From the NCBI GenBank assembly GCA_951406725.2, contig OX597840.1:14508001-14572000 (forward strand): DNA of 64,000 nucleotides, written 5' to 3'. A program made the translations under genes and the position numbers. The notes under the pieces were generated by a model. That model worked only from the letters and a program-made list of their open reading frames with translations, was not told where the DNA came from and did not search any database. Source of the stretch: Octopus vulgaris (taxonomy: Eukaryota). How positions within the stretch are numbered: position 1 is the stretch's first letter; each line of letters starts with the position of its first letter. Shown here in pieces: positions 26,110-37,614 of this stretch.

Positions 26110-26262
26110 AAGTATTGATTTGTGTATTTTGAAAAAAAAGACAGGATGATCGTGGCTTGGCTAACTCGGAAGATTACGTTGAGTTACTGATATTATTTAA
26201 CCCCAAGTTAGCCAAGCCACGATCATCCTGTCTTTTTTTCCAAAATACACAAATCAATACTT
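26110..26262. repeat. near-perfect ~57-bp inverted repeat with ~35-nt spacer
   Basis: aagtattgatttgtgtatttt...ggcttggctaact versus agttagccaagcc...aaaatacacaaatcaatactt. Confidence 0.9.
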
Positions 26263-27329
26263 TCCAGGATTCATTTATTTAACCCTAGGTCAACCTGTCT
26301 TGACTGAGTAAACCCATGTCCATAAGACATTCCATCCATGGCTATCCTGTCTCTCTTTCAAGAAGCCAGCTTCCAAGTCATCCATCAAGCATTTATAACT
26401 ACATTATCCTCCCTCTCTTTCCTAGATAATTTGGTGTAATTTAAGCAATATATGGCTACTATTTCTAGTAGATCTACCTAACACATAGACACCTCTTCAC
26501 TGATTCACCTTTATGTTTATAATACCTGGGTTTACCAAGAAATCCATCAATTAAGTCCTAATATCAAAAGTGGTCAAGCCATGACCATCTTGTTTTCCTT
26601 GTCTATCTGGGACTACATTATGCAATGTGCCTTTCCCCTAGATGTGATTTATATTAGTTCTAGTTACTGTGACTTGGCAGTTGAACAACTAAACAGAAAC
26701 TCCTCCATGGTTTGTAGATACCTACATCCTGTAGATTACCCAAGTGGTTTACACACATGTTTTACAGTGAAATGCTTGATCTTGCATTGGCCAATAAAAA
26801 TCAATATTCAAATAGCAACAACAATTAACAATGCAAACCTGGCCATCAGAGATTTAATGAAAACTGACACAAACATCAATATCACCAAGTTAACTGAAAT
26901 AATTTATACTGCAGACATTGTTAAGGAGGAAATTAGATACTTCCTCATATCTACTCAAATAGAAATATCAATATCAAAGCAAACAACATGGAAAATTAAC
27001 AGAAATAGAGGGAACATAAGATGAAAGAATTCTCAGTTGTTACAGAAATCAATAACAAAATGACATAATTGAGAAAGAAAAATGGAGAACTAAACCTTGC
27101 AGAAATGAACACCTTAAACAAGAGATCATTGCTAAAGTACAGAGAATATATTTGTATGAAAAATAACAATGATTATTTGAATGAAACAAAGTTTGACTCC
27201 AACCCAAAACAATTTTAAGCTCAGTAAAAATAAAACAGGAATCAATACAACACCAACAGCAACAGATGTAGAGTGGGGTGGACAGCTAAAGAATTAGCAC
27301 TGATGATATTGCTTAAAACAACCAACAAA

Positions 27330-27596
27330 GTACATTATTTACATTTGATGGATTTTCGTCCTCATCTTGTTTGTTGTTAACACAACGTTTTGGCTGATGT
27401 ACTCTCCAGTCTTCATCAGGAGTCCTGGGGGAATTTCAAACCTGGGTTCTCATTCCTAAGGTATTTTTCCAATGTTATTACAATAATAATAATAATAATT
27501 ATTATTATTATTATTATTATTTAGGTCACTGCCTGGAATTGAACTCGGAATCTTGAGATTAGTAGCCTGTGCTCTTAACCACTATGCCATATGTCC
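27330..27596 (-). mobile_element. tRNA-headed SINE with (AAT)n linker and 3' hammerhead-containing module
   Basis: Minus strand GGACATATGGCATAGTGGTTAAG (A box)...GAGTTCAATTCC (B box), (AAT)n, then CTGATGAAGACTG...CAGCCAAAACGTTGTG. Confidence 0.8.
27381..27424 (-). ncRNA. minimal hammerhead motif, G12A-mutated copy
   Basis: ACTC CTGATGA A GACTG GAGAGTACAT CAGCC AAAA CG TT GTGT. Confidence 0.65.
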
Positions 27597-27650
27597 GTTC
27601 GATCCCAGGCAGTGACCTGAATAATAATAATAGTAATTATAATAATAATA

Positions 27651-28040
27651 TTGTCAGCCTTAGTGGCTGACGATATGTGTATCTCTGATCATGAGCAGAA
27701 GTAGTGGGGAAGCATCATAGCCATGTGTTGAGAGGGATTCTTTGGGGTTTGAATAGTTCACCTCTGGAAACATGGATGGTTCTTTCAACATCCTTAAACA
27801 ACCCTTATTCATGGACCTTTTGAGTGGGATGGGTTACTTGACCAGAAGAAAATTCTAACTGGGCCCCACCTGCAAGGTCATGTGCTGTTTATCTTGATAT
27901 GAGATCACCATGTCATGCACATATGGTTATGATGCATGTGCCTGGTGTATCCTTATCAGACAGGTAGTCATGATGGGTATACTGGGCTTCGTATATTTAA
28001 CCCCAGTGTCATTTTGATGGCATGCACTGCTCTCTCACTC
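27651..28040. mobile_element. ~390-bp unclassified element inserted into the (AAT)n linker of the second SINE copy
   Basis: Flanked by AAT repeats on both sides and absent from the opposite arm of the inverted pair. Confidence 0.65.
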
Positions 28041-28135
28041 TATAATATTAATAACAATAATAATAACAATAATAATAATAATAACATTAGAAAAATACCT
28101 TAAGACTGAGAACCCAAGTTCGAAATTCCCCCAGG

Positions 28136-28178
28136 ACACCTGATGAAGGCTGGAGAGTACATCATCCGGAACGTTGTG
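28136..28178 (+). ncRNA. minimal hammerhead motif, A13G-mutated copy
   Basis: ACAC CTGATGA A GGCTG GAGAGTACAT CATCC GGAA CG TT GTG. Stem I CAC/GTG; palindromic stem III AACGTT. Confidence 0.68.
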
Positions 28179-28990
28179 GTAACAACAAACAAGATGAGGA
28201 AAAATATCTGTCAAATGTAAATAATGTACAGGATACCTCGTTTCTAAAATACAGAACCAACATGAACCAACAGAAACAACCATGGTAAATCCCCTAACAC
28301 AAAAGGTTAGCTCTAAACTGCAAAAATAATAAAACCCCAACAGTTTATTGATACCAGGACAGGGATACAAAGTCCTAGCAGAGGTATTTGATAAGGGTCT
28401 ATAACTAACTGATTCATTGAGGGGAAGCTATCTTGCTTCCTAACCCTGAAAACTAAACCCATAACCTGGCTTTCTACAGCTCACAACACCTTAATTGTAG
28501 TAATATCACAGAGAATGAAGAAGCATCTAGAAGAAGCGCTAAGGGCAAAAGAGCAAAAGATAGTTCAAACAAAGAGCAAAAGAGATGCTTCAAAGCTTCC
28601 TGTCTGTAAAGATGAAATGCTGATCAATAAAACTATAATCAATAAAAGCACGAAATTAAACAGAATATCTGGAATAACTGTGGAATATGTGGAGGTTGGC
28701 AAGAAACGGTCATGTTGTCACTGGTTACTTTGACGTAGTGAAGAAGGAATACATTTACAGGTATAGCAGAGGAATCAGAGTTAACAATCATTGGAAGTTA
28801 TAAAATTTGTGAAATACTAACCGGGATGTGTAGATATTCACTAAAAAGTATTCTTTGAAAATGACAAAGTAACCATACAAAGGGATATACCAATATACTT
28901 TGGAAGAGATATCAGGAAAAAAGATGTCCCCTATTTGCAGTATGAAGCCTAACAGAGGACATTGTATTTCTGAAAGAAATGGGGAAATTA

Positions 28991-29957
28991 TTGAAATATA
29001 TTGTTGTTTTTAGGATGGTCAGTTTTGTGGGGGGTTTTTTGGCCAAATAAACCTGCACTATATATTCGTTCTCCACTGTTCTTATTTTAACTCATGTCCA
29101 TTGTCCAGAAATCTTTCATCACACACTTATGACCTCTTCTGTCAGCACTTTCCGTTCTTGTGTGTGTTCCTGCTCTTCTCAGTCCATTCGTTTCTTCTGT
29201 GATGTATATCCTTATATGCACGTGCATTTGTGTCTGTATTTGTGTGTGTGTGTGTACATATGTGTGGGTGTGTGTGTGTCATTGTTCTTAGTAGCAGTAT
29301 GATCCTCTCCTCACCCCTATTCCCTCCCCTGTTGCTGACCTTGACCCTGGCTTTTGGTACTGCTCCTGTATCTTGTTGTGTGTTGTATTTCGTGGTAGTT
29401 GTTGTTACTGTTGTCATTGTTGGTCTCATTAAGGCCGTTTGTGAAGTTGCTGGATGTGTGTTTGTGTGTGTATAGACACACACACACACACACACACAAA
29501 CACACATAGAGTAACTTCACAAATGGCTGCAACAACATCAACAATGCAACCAACTGTGACAACAACAACAACAACTACCACAATGGCAGCAGCATTGGCA
29601 AACACACAAACACAGAGAGATACAGGAACAGTACCAAAAGCCAAGGTTAAGGGCAGCAGGAGCAGGGGCGGGGAGGATCATAGTGCTACTAAGAACAATC
29701 ACGCACACACAAATACAGACACAAATGCATGCACATATAAGGATACACATCATAGAAAAACAGAACGGACTAAGCAGAGCAGGAGCACACACAAGGACAG
29801 AAAGTGTTGCAGATGTGTGATGAAAGATTTCCGGACAATGGACATGAGTTAAAATAATAACAGTAATAAACAAGTGAAGAACAAATAAATAGTGTGTTTG
29901 TTTATTTGGCAAAACAAAAACAAAAATGACCATCCCAAAAAACAATATCTGTTTCAA
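28991..29957. mobile_element. ~970-bp foldback (palindromic) element
   Basis: Left arm (ttttaactcatgtccattgtccagaaatctttcatcacac...) is the reverse complement of the right arm (gtgtgatgaaagatttccggacaatggacatgagttaaaa); symmetry continues to a centre near 29473. Confidence 0.88.
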
Positions 29958-30264
29958 CACATGGTTTCACATCAGCATTCTTGCAACACAAATTCATAAA
30001 CGTATTGAAATATAATGGTTTGGAAATAGAAATAATCAGAATATGGAACATGAAAAAGAAATAAACCCTATAACAGGTGCCTTAGGGTTGAAAAAAAACA
30101 AAAAAACCAGACAAATATATAACTGCAGGACATAAAAATATACACAGCAGCGTATTGGGAGCAGCAGTTGTAGTTGTGTACACATTAAGTGGGGCGTTGG
30201 GGATGCTCTAGAAAGAAGCCTTCTAAGTGGTTTTCTGACAGTGTGTGACTCGTTTGCTTGTGTG

Positions 30265-30560
30265 AAGGCACATAGCTTAGTGGTTAGAGTGTTGCACTTA
30301 CAATTGTGAGGTCAGGGGTTCGACTCCCAGAACGGGCGTTGCGTTGTGTTCTTGAGCAAAGCACTTCATTTCACATTGATCTGCGATCATTTTAACATCT
30401 GAAATGTGGCACCCTGTTGCACCTGTACAGGTAATGTCGATTTGATGGAGGGAGTGAACTTATGTCTACACAAACATTTGATCACTATAAACAAATCATC
30501 TGTGTGATTGTTTGGTAAGAAACTGTCAAACACTGAGATGTCGTCTAATGACGGGAGAGT
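30265..30560 (+). mobile_element. tRNA SINE family E
   Basis: tagcttagtggttag A box, ggttcgactccc B box; same head at 63780-63905 (-). Confidence 0.75.
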
Positions 30561-30561
30561 C

Positions 30562-31947
30562 CAATTGTCAACAGGGTATAACTACAAATTTTAGCCCACA
30601 CCACAGACTTTGAATGATCATAACTTTCAGAAAAATATTGGGTTGTCTGGAAAGTTTGTGCCGATTTATAGTAGCTAACCTTTTGACTTACCCTCCCAGG
30701 CACCTCAATTCTGGGAAGAGGGTATTTTCAAGTTAAAGTAAAGATGGAGACACATTGTGCAACAAAATGGTTCATATTTGGTTCATTAACAATGTAACGG
30801 CAAGTATTTATTGACCTTTTTCTTTCCTTTAAAAATCGGCATGAACTTTCCAGACAATCCAATAGATATTTTTAATGAAACTTTCTGTGAATACATGTTA
30901 TATCAAGTAGATTCTGAATATACAAAATTTTTTTGGGGGAAAGTGTTTTAGAAGAGGTGTGAGGAGGATACAGTTGGGGGTTATTTTTGCAAACTGTTCC
31001 CCACTGGGGGAGGCGGGATTCAGAACAAGTCGTCCATATTTGTTTCAGTTTCTCTATTTTGTGCGTTTGTGCATCTGTATATAACCCTTAACAGCAGTCG
31101 TAAAATTTCAGGAAAGAAATTGAAAAGTTAAGGAGCGGGTGTATTAAAAAGTATAAAAGTAGATTTTTTCTTTGCATATTGAGAATTTCCATTGGAGATT
31201 AGGTTGTAATCCACAGAGAATAAAAGCACAAAAGGGTGGCATGCTTATTGTCAGTGTCTTCACACACACAGATACACATATATATAACGAAAAAAAGTTC
31301 AAACATTATAGAGATTATGTAACAAATTATACTTTACACATCTATATTTAACTGTGTGTGTATATTCCTTATTTTTGCTTCTGGTGTCTTCTGCCTTTTT
31401 ATTAGAACTGTTTACCCGGGAATTTACTTTAAGGGAAAAAAAAATAGTATGCAACAGATAAGTCGTCTTAATAACATGTATCTGTGTACCAGACTTTTAG
31501 CTGTTATTTTTAGCATGAGTTTTCTGGTGAGGGCTTCCTTTGCCTTCATTGCCTGTTGCTTCAGTACAAATATACGGATGCACAAACCCACAAAACAGAG
31601 ATAATGTAACAAATATGGATGACTTGTTCCAAAACAGCCCCAAGTGGGGAATAGTTTGCAAATATAACCGCCAGTTGTTTTTCCCCCAAAATGCCTATAT
31701 GCTCGGAATCTATCCATTTTCCTGAAAGTTAAGCGAATTGAAGTGGAGTGCAGTGAATTTTCTGAAAATCTCCCCCCACTTCTCCTAAAACACTTTCCCC
31801 CTACAAAATTTTTTTATATATTTGGAATCTACATAATATAATGCATATTAGTAGAAAATTTCATTAAAAAATATCCGTTTCTCTGAAAGTTATGATCATC
31901 CAATGTCGCGGGGGCAGAAATCTGTAGTTATATCCTGTTGACGATTG
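30562..31947. mobile_element. foldback element with ~300-bp inverted arms
   Basis: caattgtcaacagggtataactaca at the left end and tgtagttatatcctgttgacgattg at the right. Arms about 30562-31082 and 31570-31947. Confidence 0.85.
30638..30862 (+). mobile_element. internally deleted mariner-like element (225 bp), TA target-site duplication
   Basis: TIRs TTGGGTTGTCTGGAAAGTTTGTGCCGATTT / AAATCGGCATGAACTTTCCAGACAATCCAA. Transposase C-terminal remnant QFWEEGIFKLK*RWRHIVQQNGSYLVH*. Confidence 0.9.
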
Positions 31948-32553
31948 ATCAATTAAAGGAAATCTCTGTATAAGTTATTTTTTTTCTCATACACACACAC
32001 ACTCACATAGGTATATATCTTACACAAAGAGAAAGCTGGGGAAGAATATAAAAAATGGAAGTAACTTTAGAAATGCTTCTTTATCTGAAATTGTCACAAC
32101 TATAATGATGTATACATATTTGTGTGTGTGTGTATAAAAAGCTGGTTACTTAGTTACTATGTTGACATTGACAAAACAGTTACACGAACGTGTTAAAAAG
32201 TCGATTTGCGTCAAGAATAATCACGTGGGATTTAAATGTGAACTACCAAGTCTTAAAAAAACGATTTGTTCCAAGAATGTCCGAAATATGTATTGGAAAA
32301 TCAATGTTCAATATACAGTCGTATGTCATTTAATTAATTGAGAAAAAGACTTCTATCTCCGTATGAAATTTTTTTCTGACATGAGAGTACCTTTAGAAAT
32401 TCTTTTTATCAGAAATCATCATAACCGTAATGATGTATGCATGTGTGTGTGTGTGTGTGTGTGTAAATAGTTGGTTAGGATGTCAAAGACAGAAAGTTCA
32501 AACATAGGGAGTTGAGAGAACGATTTGAAGAAATGAATCTTTATATATAGAGC

Positions 32554-32897
32554 AATATTATTTATTACGGAGATGTACTTGCATAGCAAGTGATTTGATC
32601 TGAGATCGTGTGCTGGAATGAAAACAATTGCAGTGTGGAAGGTGTTTGTAAGTCATTTAAGAAACACACAAAAGCCGATTGATTCACTTCAACATTTAAG
32701 TTTAATTTGTCAAAATATTTTCGTTGCTATAAGACCGTGACCTGTTCACTGGCAGCACAGATTTTTGTCAGTGAACAGGTCGCGGTCTTAAAGTGACGAA
32801 CATATTTTGACAAATTAAACTTAAATGTTGAAGTGAATTGAACGGCTTTTGTGTGTTTCTTAAATGGCTTACAAACACCTTCCACGCTGCAATTGTT
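32554..32897. mobile_element. head-to-head inverted pair of Penelope-type terminal repeats (~130-bp arms)
   Basis: 32623-32754 is the reverse complement of 32766-32897. The left copy has ~65 nt of extra 3' sequence. Each arm starts with an HHR-like fold. Confidence 0.75.
32764..32814 (+). ncRNA. variant minimal hammerhead motif with G3-C8 core (second copy 32706-32754, minus)
   Basis: TTTGTCA GTGAACA G GTCGC GGTCTTAAA GTGAC GAAC ATAT TT TGACAAA; the minus copy retains GAAA. 7-bp stem I and 5-bp stem II. Confidence 0.62.
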
Positions 32898-33013
32898 AAT
32901 ATTATTTATTTTTAATAAAAAATAAATAAACCAAGACCATATTATTCTTTCCAAGGTCAAATTATTCATGTACCCTTTTGAGCATGCATTGAGGACACAC
33001 ACAGGGAGGGTAT

Positions 33014-33044
<31 letters not shown>

Positions 33045-33060
33045 ATACACACACATACAT

Positions 33061-33098
<38 letters not shown>

Positions 33099-33163
33099 TC
33101 ACATGCACACACATATTCATATATATGAATATGCTTATATTGTCTTGTTTCTGTGCATATCAG

Positions 33164-33241
33164 GTGACAGTGACCAATGTAGCTTTGTGATTTGAGCGAA
33201 AGATGGAAAGTTTCATATTGATTGCTTTCATTTGAAAGATT
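33164..33241 (+). other. candidate non-coding exon (78 nt)
   Basis: tgtcttgtttctgtgcatatcag| acceptor and |gtaagt donor; stop codons in all three frames. Confidence 0.4.
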
Positions 33242-34929
33242 GTAAGTTTGACAATGTGAATTAACGAATCAATATATCACCAAACAATAAAGAGGTAAAG
33301 TTGGTATAGTTACAGAAAATACCCCAGGGTGTTCCTTAGTCAAAAGATCAGGGTTGACACACTTGTGTATAATGAAATGAAATTTGAAATGAAAAATTTC
33401 CAAGTAATTTTGGTACAACAAATAGATATTGTGTAAATATTTTCATAAATATTCTCAAAGTATTTCAAAGAAGAACTTTATAATCACTTAGTGATAAAGT
33501 ATATTGAATAAAGACAAGTGAGAGAGAGAGAGAGAGAATTGTGTGGGATCTCCTTAAATGGATTGTTAAGGTTACACATGTCTGTGAGTTACTCAACCAC
33601 ATACATACAAATAAGCTGGTTGTTCAGTTGATCAAACAACTAAACAATGGAACTGTTGGTGGTTTATTTACAAGTTTGAAAGAAAAAGATGAGAGACTCA
33701 TGGTTGGATGTGAGTTGGGGGAAATACACGATGATGTGATCATAGAGAGATTTCCCTTGGTGGTGGTGGTGGTGAAGCTAGGTAGATGACCAGGTTAGAA
33801 TATGAACTAATTTTTCTAGTGTTTGGTCATGGGTGCTACTCTTGTCTGTTTAATTTATAGGGTATCCAAGAATGGTAAGGAAAAGTCAACCTCAAATTAG
33901 GGACTTAAGTTGAGTGTTTGTAATAGGGCAAACTTTGCTAAAAACACCCACAGGCCAGGTGGTGGTATTAATTAGGTAGTGGATTAAGTGTATCATTCAA
34001 GATTAAATCTATTTCCCTGGGTTGTTTTTGTATTGACTTTTCAGGCAAAGTACGTTACTCTTACCAGCTCAGTCCACTCGGCTGTAAAGCAGAGAACACA
34101 TTGTAATATAGTTCATTGTGTTGTATTCATAACGAAGCCACTTCTGAACAATTTAGTCTGCTTTACCATAAGTAGGTACCCGTGTGGTACGGTTTAGGCT
34201 CAGTTAGCTGTAAATATGTACCTCAGTGTGGTACTGCTGTTCAAACCCTCATAACTATCAATACCACAGTATTATGAAGTTCTGTGTGTTACATTTATGA
34301 CCAAAGCATTTTAATTCTCAAAAACCTCAGTCCACTTAGCTGTAAGTAGGCTCTACCATGTTGTATAGTTCTCTGTACTATTTCCATGTCAACAATGCAG
34401 TCTATCTAGCTTTAAGTGGGGACCACAATGTGGTGTAGATCATAGCACAGTGTCTGTGACTACCACTCTTTGCCAACAACAGATTAGACCAACCAACTGT
34501 AAGTAAATAACACTGTGAAGTATGCTGCCTTATGTTATGGTGGGGACCACATTAAACCTTCAGAATATCATGCTGTGTGATGTCTAGTGGTGGTAGCTCC
34601 ATCACTCAGCTCTTTATAGATGGAAGCGAGGGAAGCCCTCCATCATTTTCAATGATGAGCACTGAGTTGTTTGCTCAGCAGCACTATGTAATAATCATTG
34701 ATGTGCAACTGGCTGAGTATTTCATTGATATGTGTACCCTTAACATAATTCTTAGATTGAATTTATGAACCTCAGTGTGTGACAAGGTTAACCCTTTGAA
34801 ATACAGGTAGATTCCTGCAACCCTTTTCAGAACCTCTAAGAGCGATGAAGGGGAAAGGCAGAAAATAGCTTCAGATAAAAACATTGATAAAATATTTGCA
34901 ACAAGAACAACCCTGCTAATGATACACAG

Positions 34930-35160
34930 TTTCTTATTTCTTTATTGCCCACAAGGGGCTAAACATAGAGGGGACAAACAATGACAAAGGGATTAAGTTA
35001 ATTACATCAACCTCAGTGGGTAACTGGTATTTAATTTATCAACCCCGAAAGGATGAAAGGCAAAGTCGACCTCAGTGGAATTTGAACTCAGAACATAGCG
35101 GCAGACGAAATACAGCTAAGCATTTCACCCGGCATGCTAATGATTCTGCCAGCACATCGC
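34930..35160 (-). mobile_element. Nin-like SINE with 14-bp target-site duplication
   Basis: ctaatgatacacag at 34916-34929 and 35161-35174. Confidence 0.9.
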
Positions 35161-37534
35161 CTAATGATACACAGCTTCTGTCGACCCTGTTTTACTTGTA
35201 AGGATTGGGTTGGTCTAAAATTGTAAAGGAAATTTCTCCAAGATGCCAGAGAGCTGAATAGAACTTGGGGTCTCATGATTTTGACAAGAACTTCTTAAGT
35301 ACTCAACCATGCTTGCATCCTTGTAAGTAAGGACCTGGCAGACATGAAACTGTTGTAGCCAAGTCCAGCCATCTCAGGGGTTACTGCTATATTGTACAGA
35401 TGGCTGATGTCACTACCAATAACATTGAGAAATTAATTTGTTTTATTGGTGCAGCATTTAAAACTTGTTATGATAGAAAGCTATCTAGGACCATAATCTT
35501 GTTCCCTGTCCCAGGGCATATCTGATTCTCATCTGTTCAAGACTAAATGGAGCTATGGATCAATTAAATATCAAAATTGATTAGATTAATATCTTGAATG
35601 TTCTTGAATGGATGCAGTTCTCTGTATTTCTTAACTTTATTGAAGGTAAATGCATCCCTTGTAAATAAATCACTTTTAATTACATCACCTGTAACCTGTC
35701 TTCAGGTAATTACAGTGGGAAATTCCTCATCAGACCAAATACATCATGGGTAAACTAGCCAAGATTTTTATCTGCAAATGAAATACACCTTTGAATAATA
35801 AAGTTTTTATTTACAAAGTCAACAAACATATCACAATCCACTAAGAATCAAAATTTATTTTCTTAGCTTGTTCGATTATACCAGAGAGCCATTTTGAAGG
35901 GTTTAATGGGTTTTTTAAAAAAAAACTTTTAAACTGACATAAAATATTTAGATTTGATTTGTAAACTGAAACACCAGGAAAACTGTCTGCAAGACTCACA
36001 AAACAATGAAATGCTATTTTCCTTTCTTCATTTTCCAAATCATCGTTAACAAAACATAATTTCACCTTGGATGAGTATGACAATAAACGAAGTAAATTAT
36101 GTTATCAAGACTGCTTACTTCATTGTTATATATAACAATGTAAGCTTAATTAATTATATTTTAATTTGATCTAACAAAGAAATAATAGCAATAATAGTCT
36201 TGGAGTAAATAAATTTTTTGTCTTATATTAACAATGGGAAGAATATTCAAAGTCAAGAAACACTGATACCAAATTTACTTAACACAAACACACATATGCA
36301 CACACACACCCACATTCTCCTCTGTATACACATAAACAAACATACACATGCTCACACACACACCAGGAAAAAAAATAGAATGAAAATTACTTTTAAAACT
36401 CCAATCACGAAATAAGACAGTAAAAATGTAACACTCTTTTAAATTGGAGCAAGAAACAGCGTAAAAAGACCAATTGTTAAGAGAGTCTTTGAAATAATCC
36501 TGTGTTTCATGATATTAATATTTATTGATGACAATGACCAATTCTTGTTGTTCTTGTTGTTGCTGAAACATAAAATTTTTTGTTTTTTGTTTTTTGTTTT
36601 TGAAATTGTACTGCTACACCAACTACACCACTAACATACCACCAACACACTTCCAACATTTTACCATTCCGTTTCTTCATTCTTGCTTTTTTTTTTTTCA
36701 AAATTTCTATAATAAATTTTCAGTTTGTAGAATGGAAAGGTGTGTTTGTCTTTGAATATCTTTGTTTAAAGAAACAGGATTTATTTATTTATTTATTTAT
36801 TTATCTTTCAAATGCCAACTTGGAATAATGTTTAGCAATGTTCTTACTCAATGTATAAGAAATACGACAAGGAATTTCCTGATGCTAAATTTGAGCTGAT
36901 AACGAATTTATCTGTGATATATCTTTGGGTTTACAGTGTAATTAGCTTATAACGAAATTAATTAGTTAGTAAAATAATAAGTGTTGTATTTACTGCAATG
37001 TAATTATCAGTGATAAATTAACGGAGAACCATTCTGTAGCATCATGTACAATTGTCAAAAACGAAGCAAAAAGCTGAAGGAATTGGTAAGGTTACGTCAG
37101 CAATATCATTGGTGAAAAATCTGTTGTTGCTCTTGTTGTTGTTATTGTTACTATTATATTATTTAGCCCTTAATAAAGCCTGACTGAACAGACCTATAAT
37201 TATATGTGATCCAACCATGATCCTCCAGTAATTTTTAAATATTACTGACTACATTTGTCAATATTTCTTTTCTTTTTTCTTTCTATTTTTAAAAATAGTT
37301 TGTAGGGTGTGATTTGCAGGAGGTTTTGGCTGCTATTTCTGTCAGTCTTAGCAACTCCATTAAAACTGGCAAGATAAATCAAAGTCCAATAGAGGCTGCA
37401 CTTCTGTAAATGTTGATAAATATTCTTCAGAAACAGGAAACGTGAGTTCTTGATTTGTCTGACAAATTGGAGAGATGAGGTTGCCTCACTTATTTTCTGC
37501 ATGTATCTTATATATAAATATATAAGAATACATG

Positions 37535-37611
<77 letters not shown>

Positions 37612-37614
37612 ATC

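Larger units (their letters stand above)
26770..30170 (+). mobile_element. heavily decayed R4/Dong-like non-LTR element, split by later insertions (remnants ~26770-27330, 28255-28990, 29958-30170)
   Basis: Peptides KPITWLST (RPITCLPT-like), EQK...CKDEMLINKTI (EEQKG..GCKDQLLINK-like) and C-terminal PITGALG...DKYI...ALLG, typical of REL-type elements. Confidence 0.55.

Noticed and set aside
27524-27596. Functional tRNA gene (also SINE heads at 395-466, 22116, 30265)
   Set aside because: No paired acceptor stem; each continues into a repeat body.
35841-36083. 80-aa minus ORF
   Set aside because: Non-ATG start, no convincing splice sites or motifs.
36121-36140. Perfect 20-bp palindrome cattgttatatataacaatg
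   Set aside because: Short, AT-rich and centred on a TA run; no supporting context.
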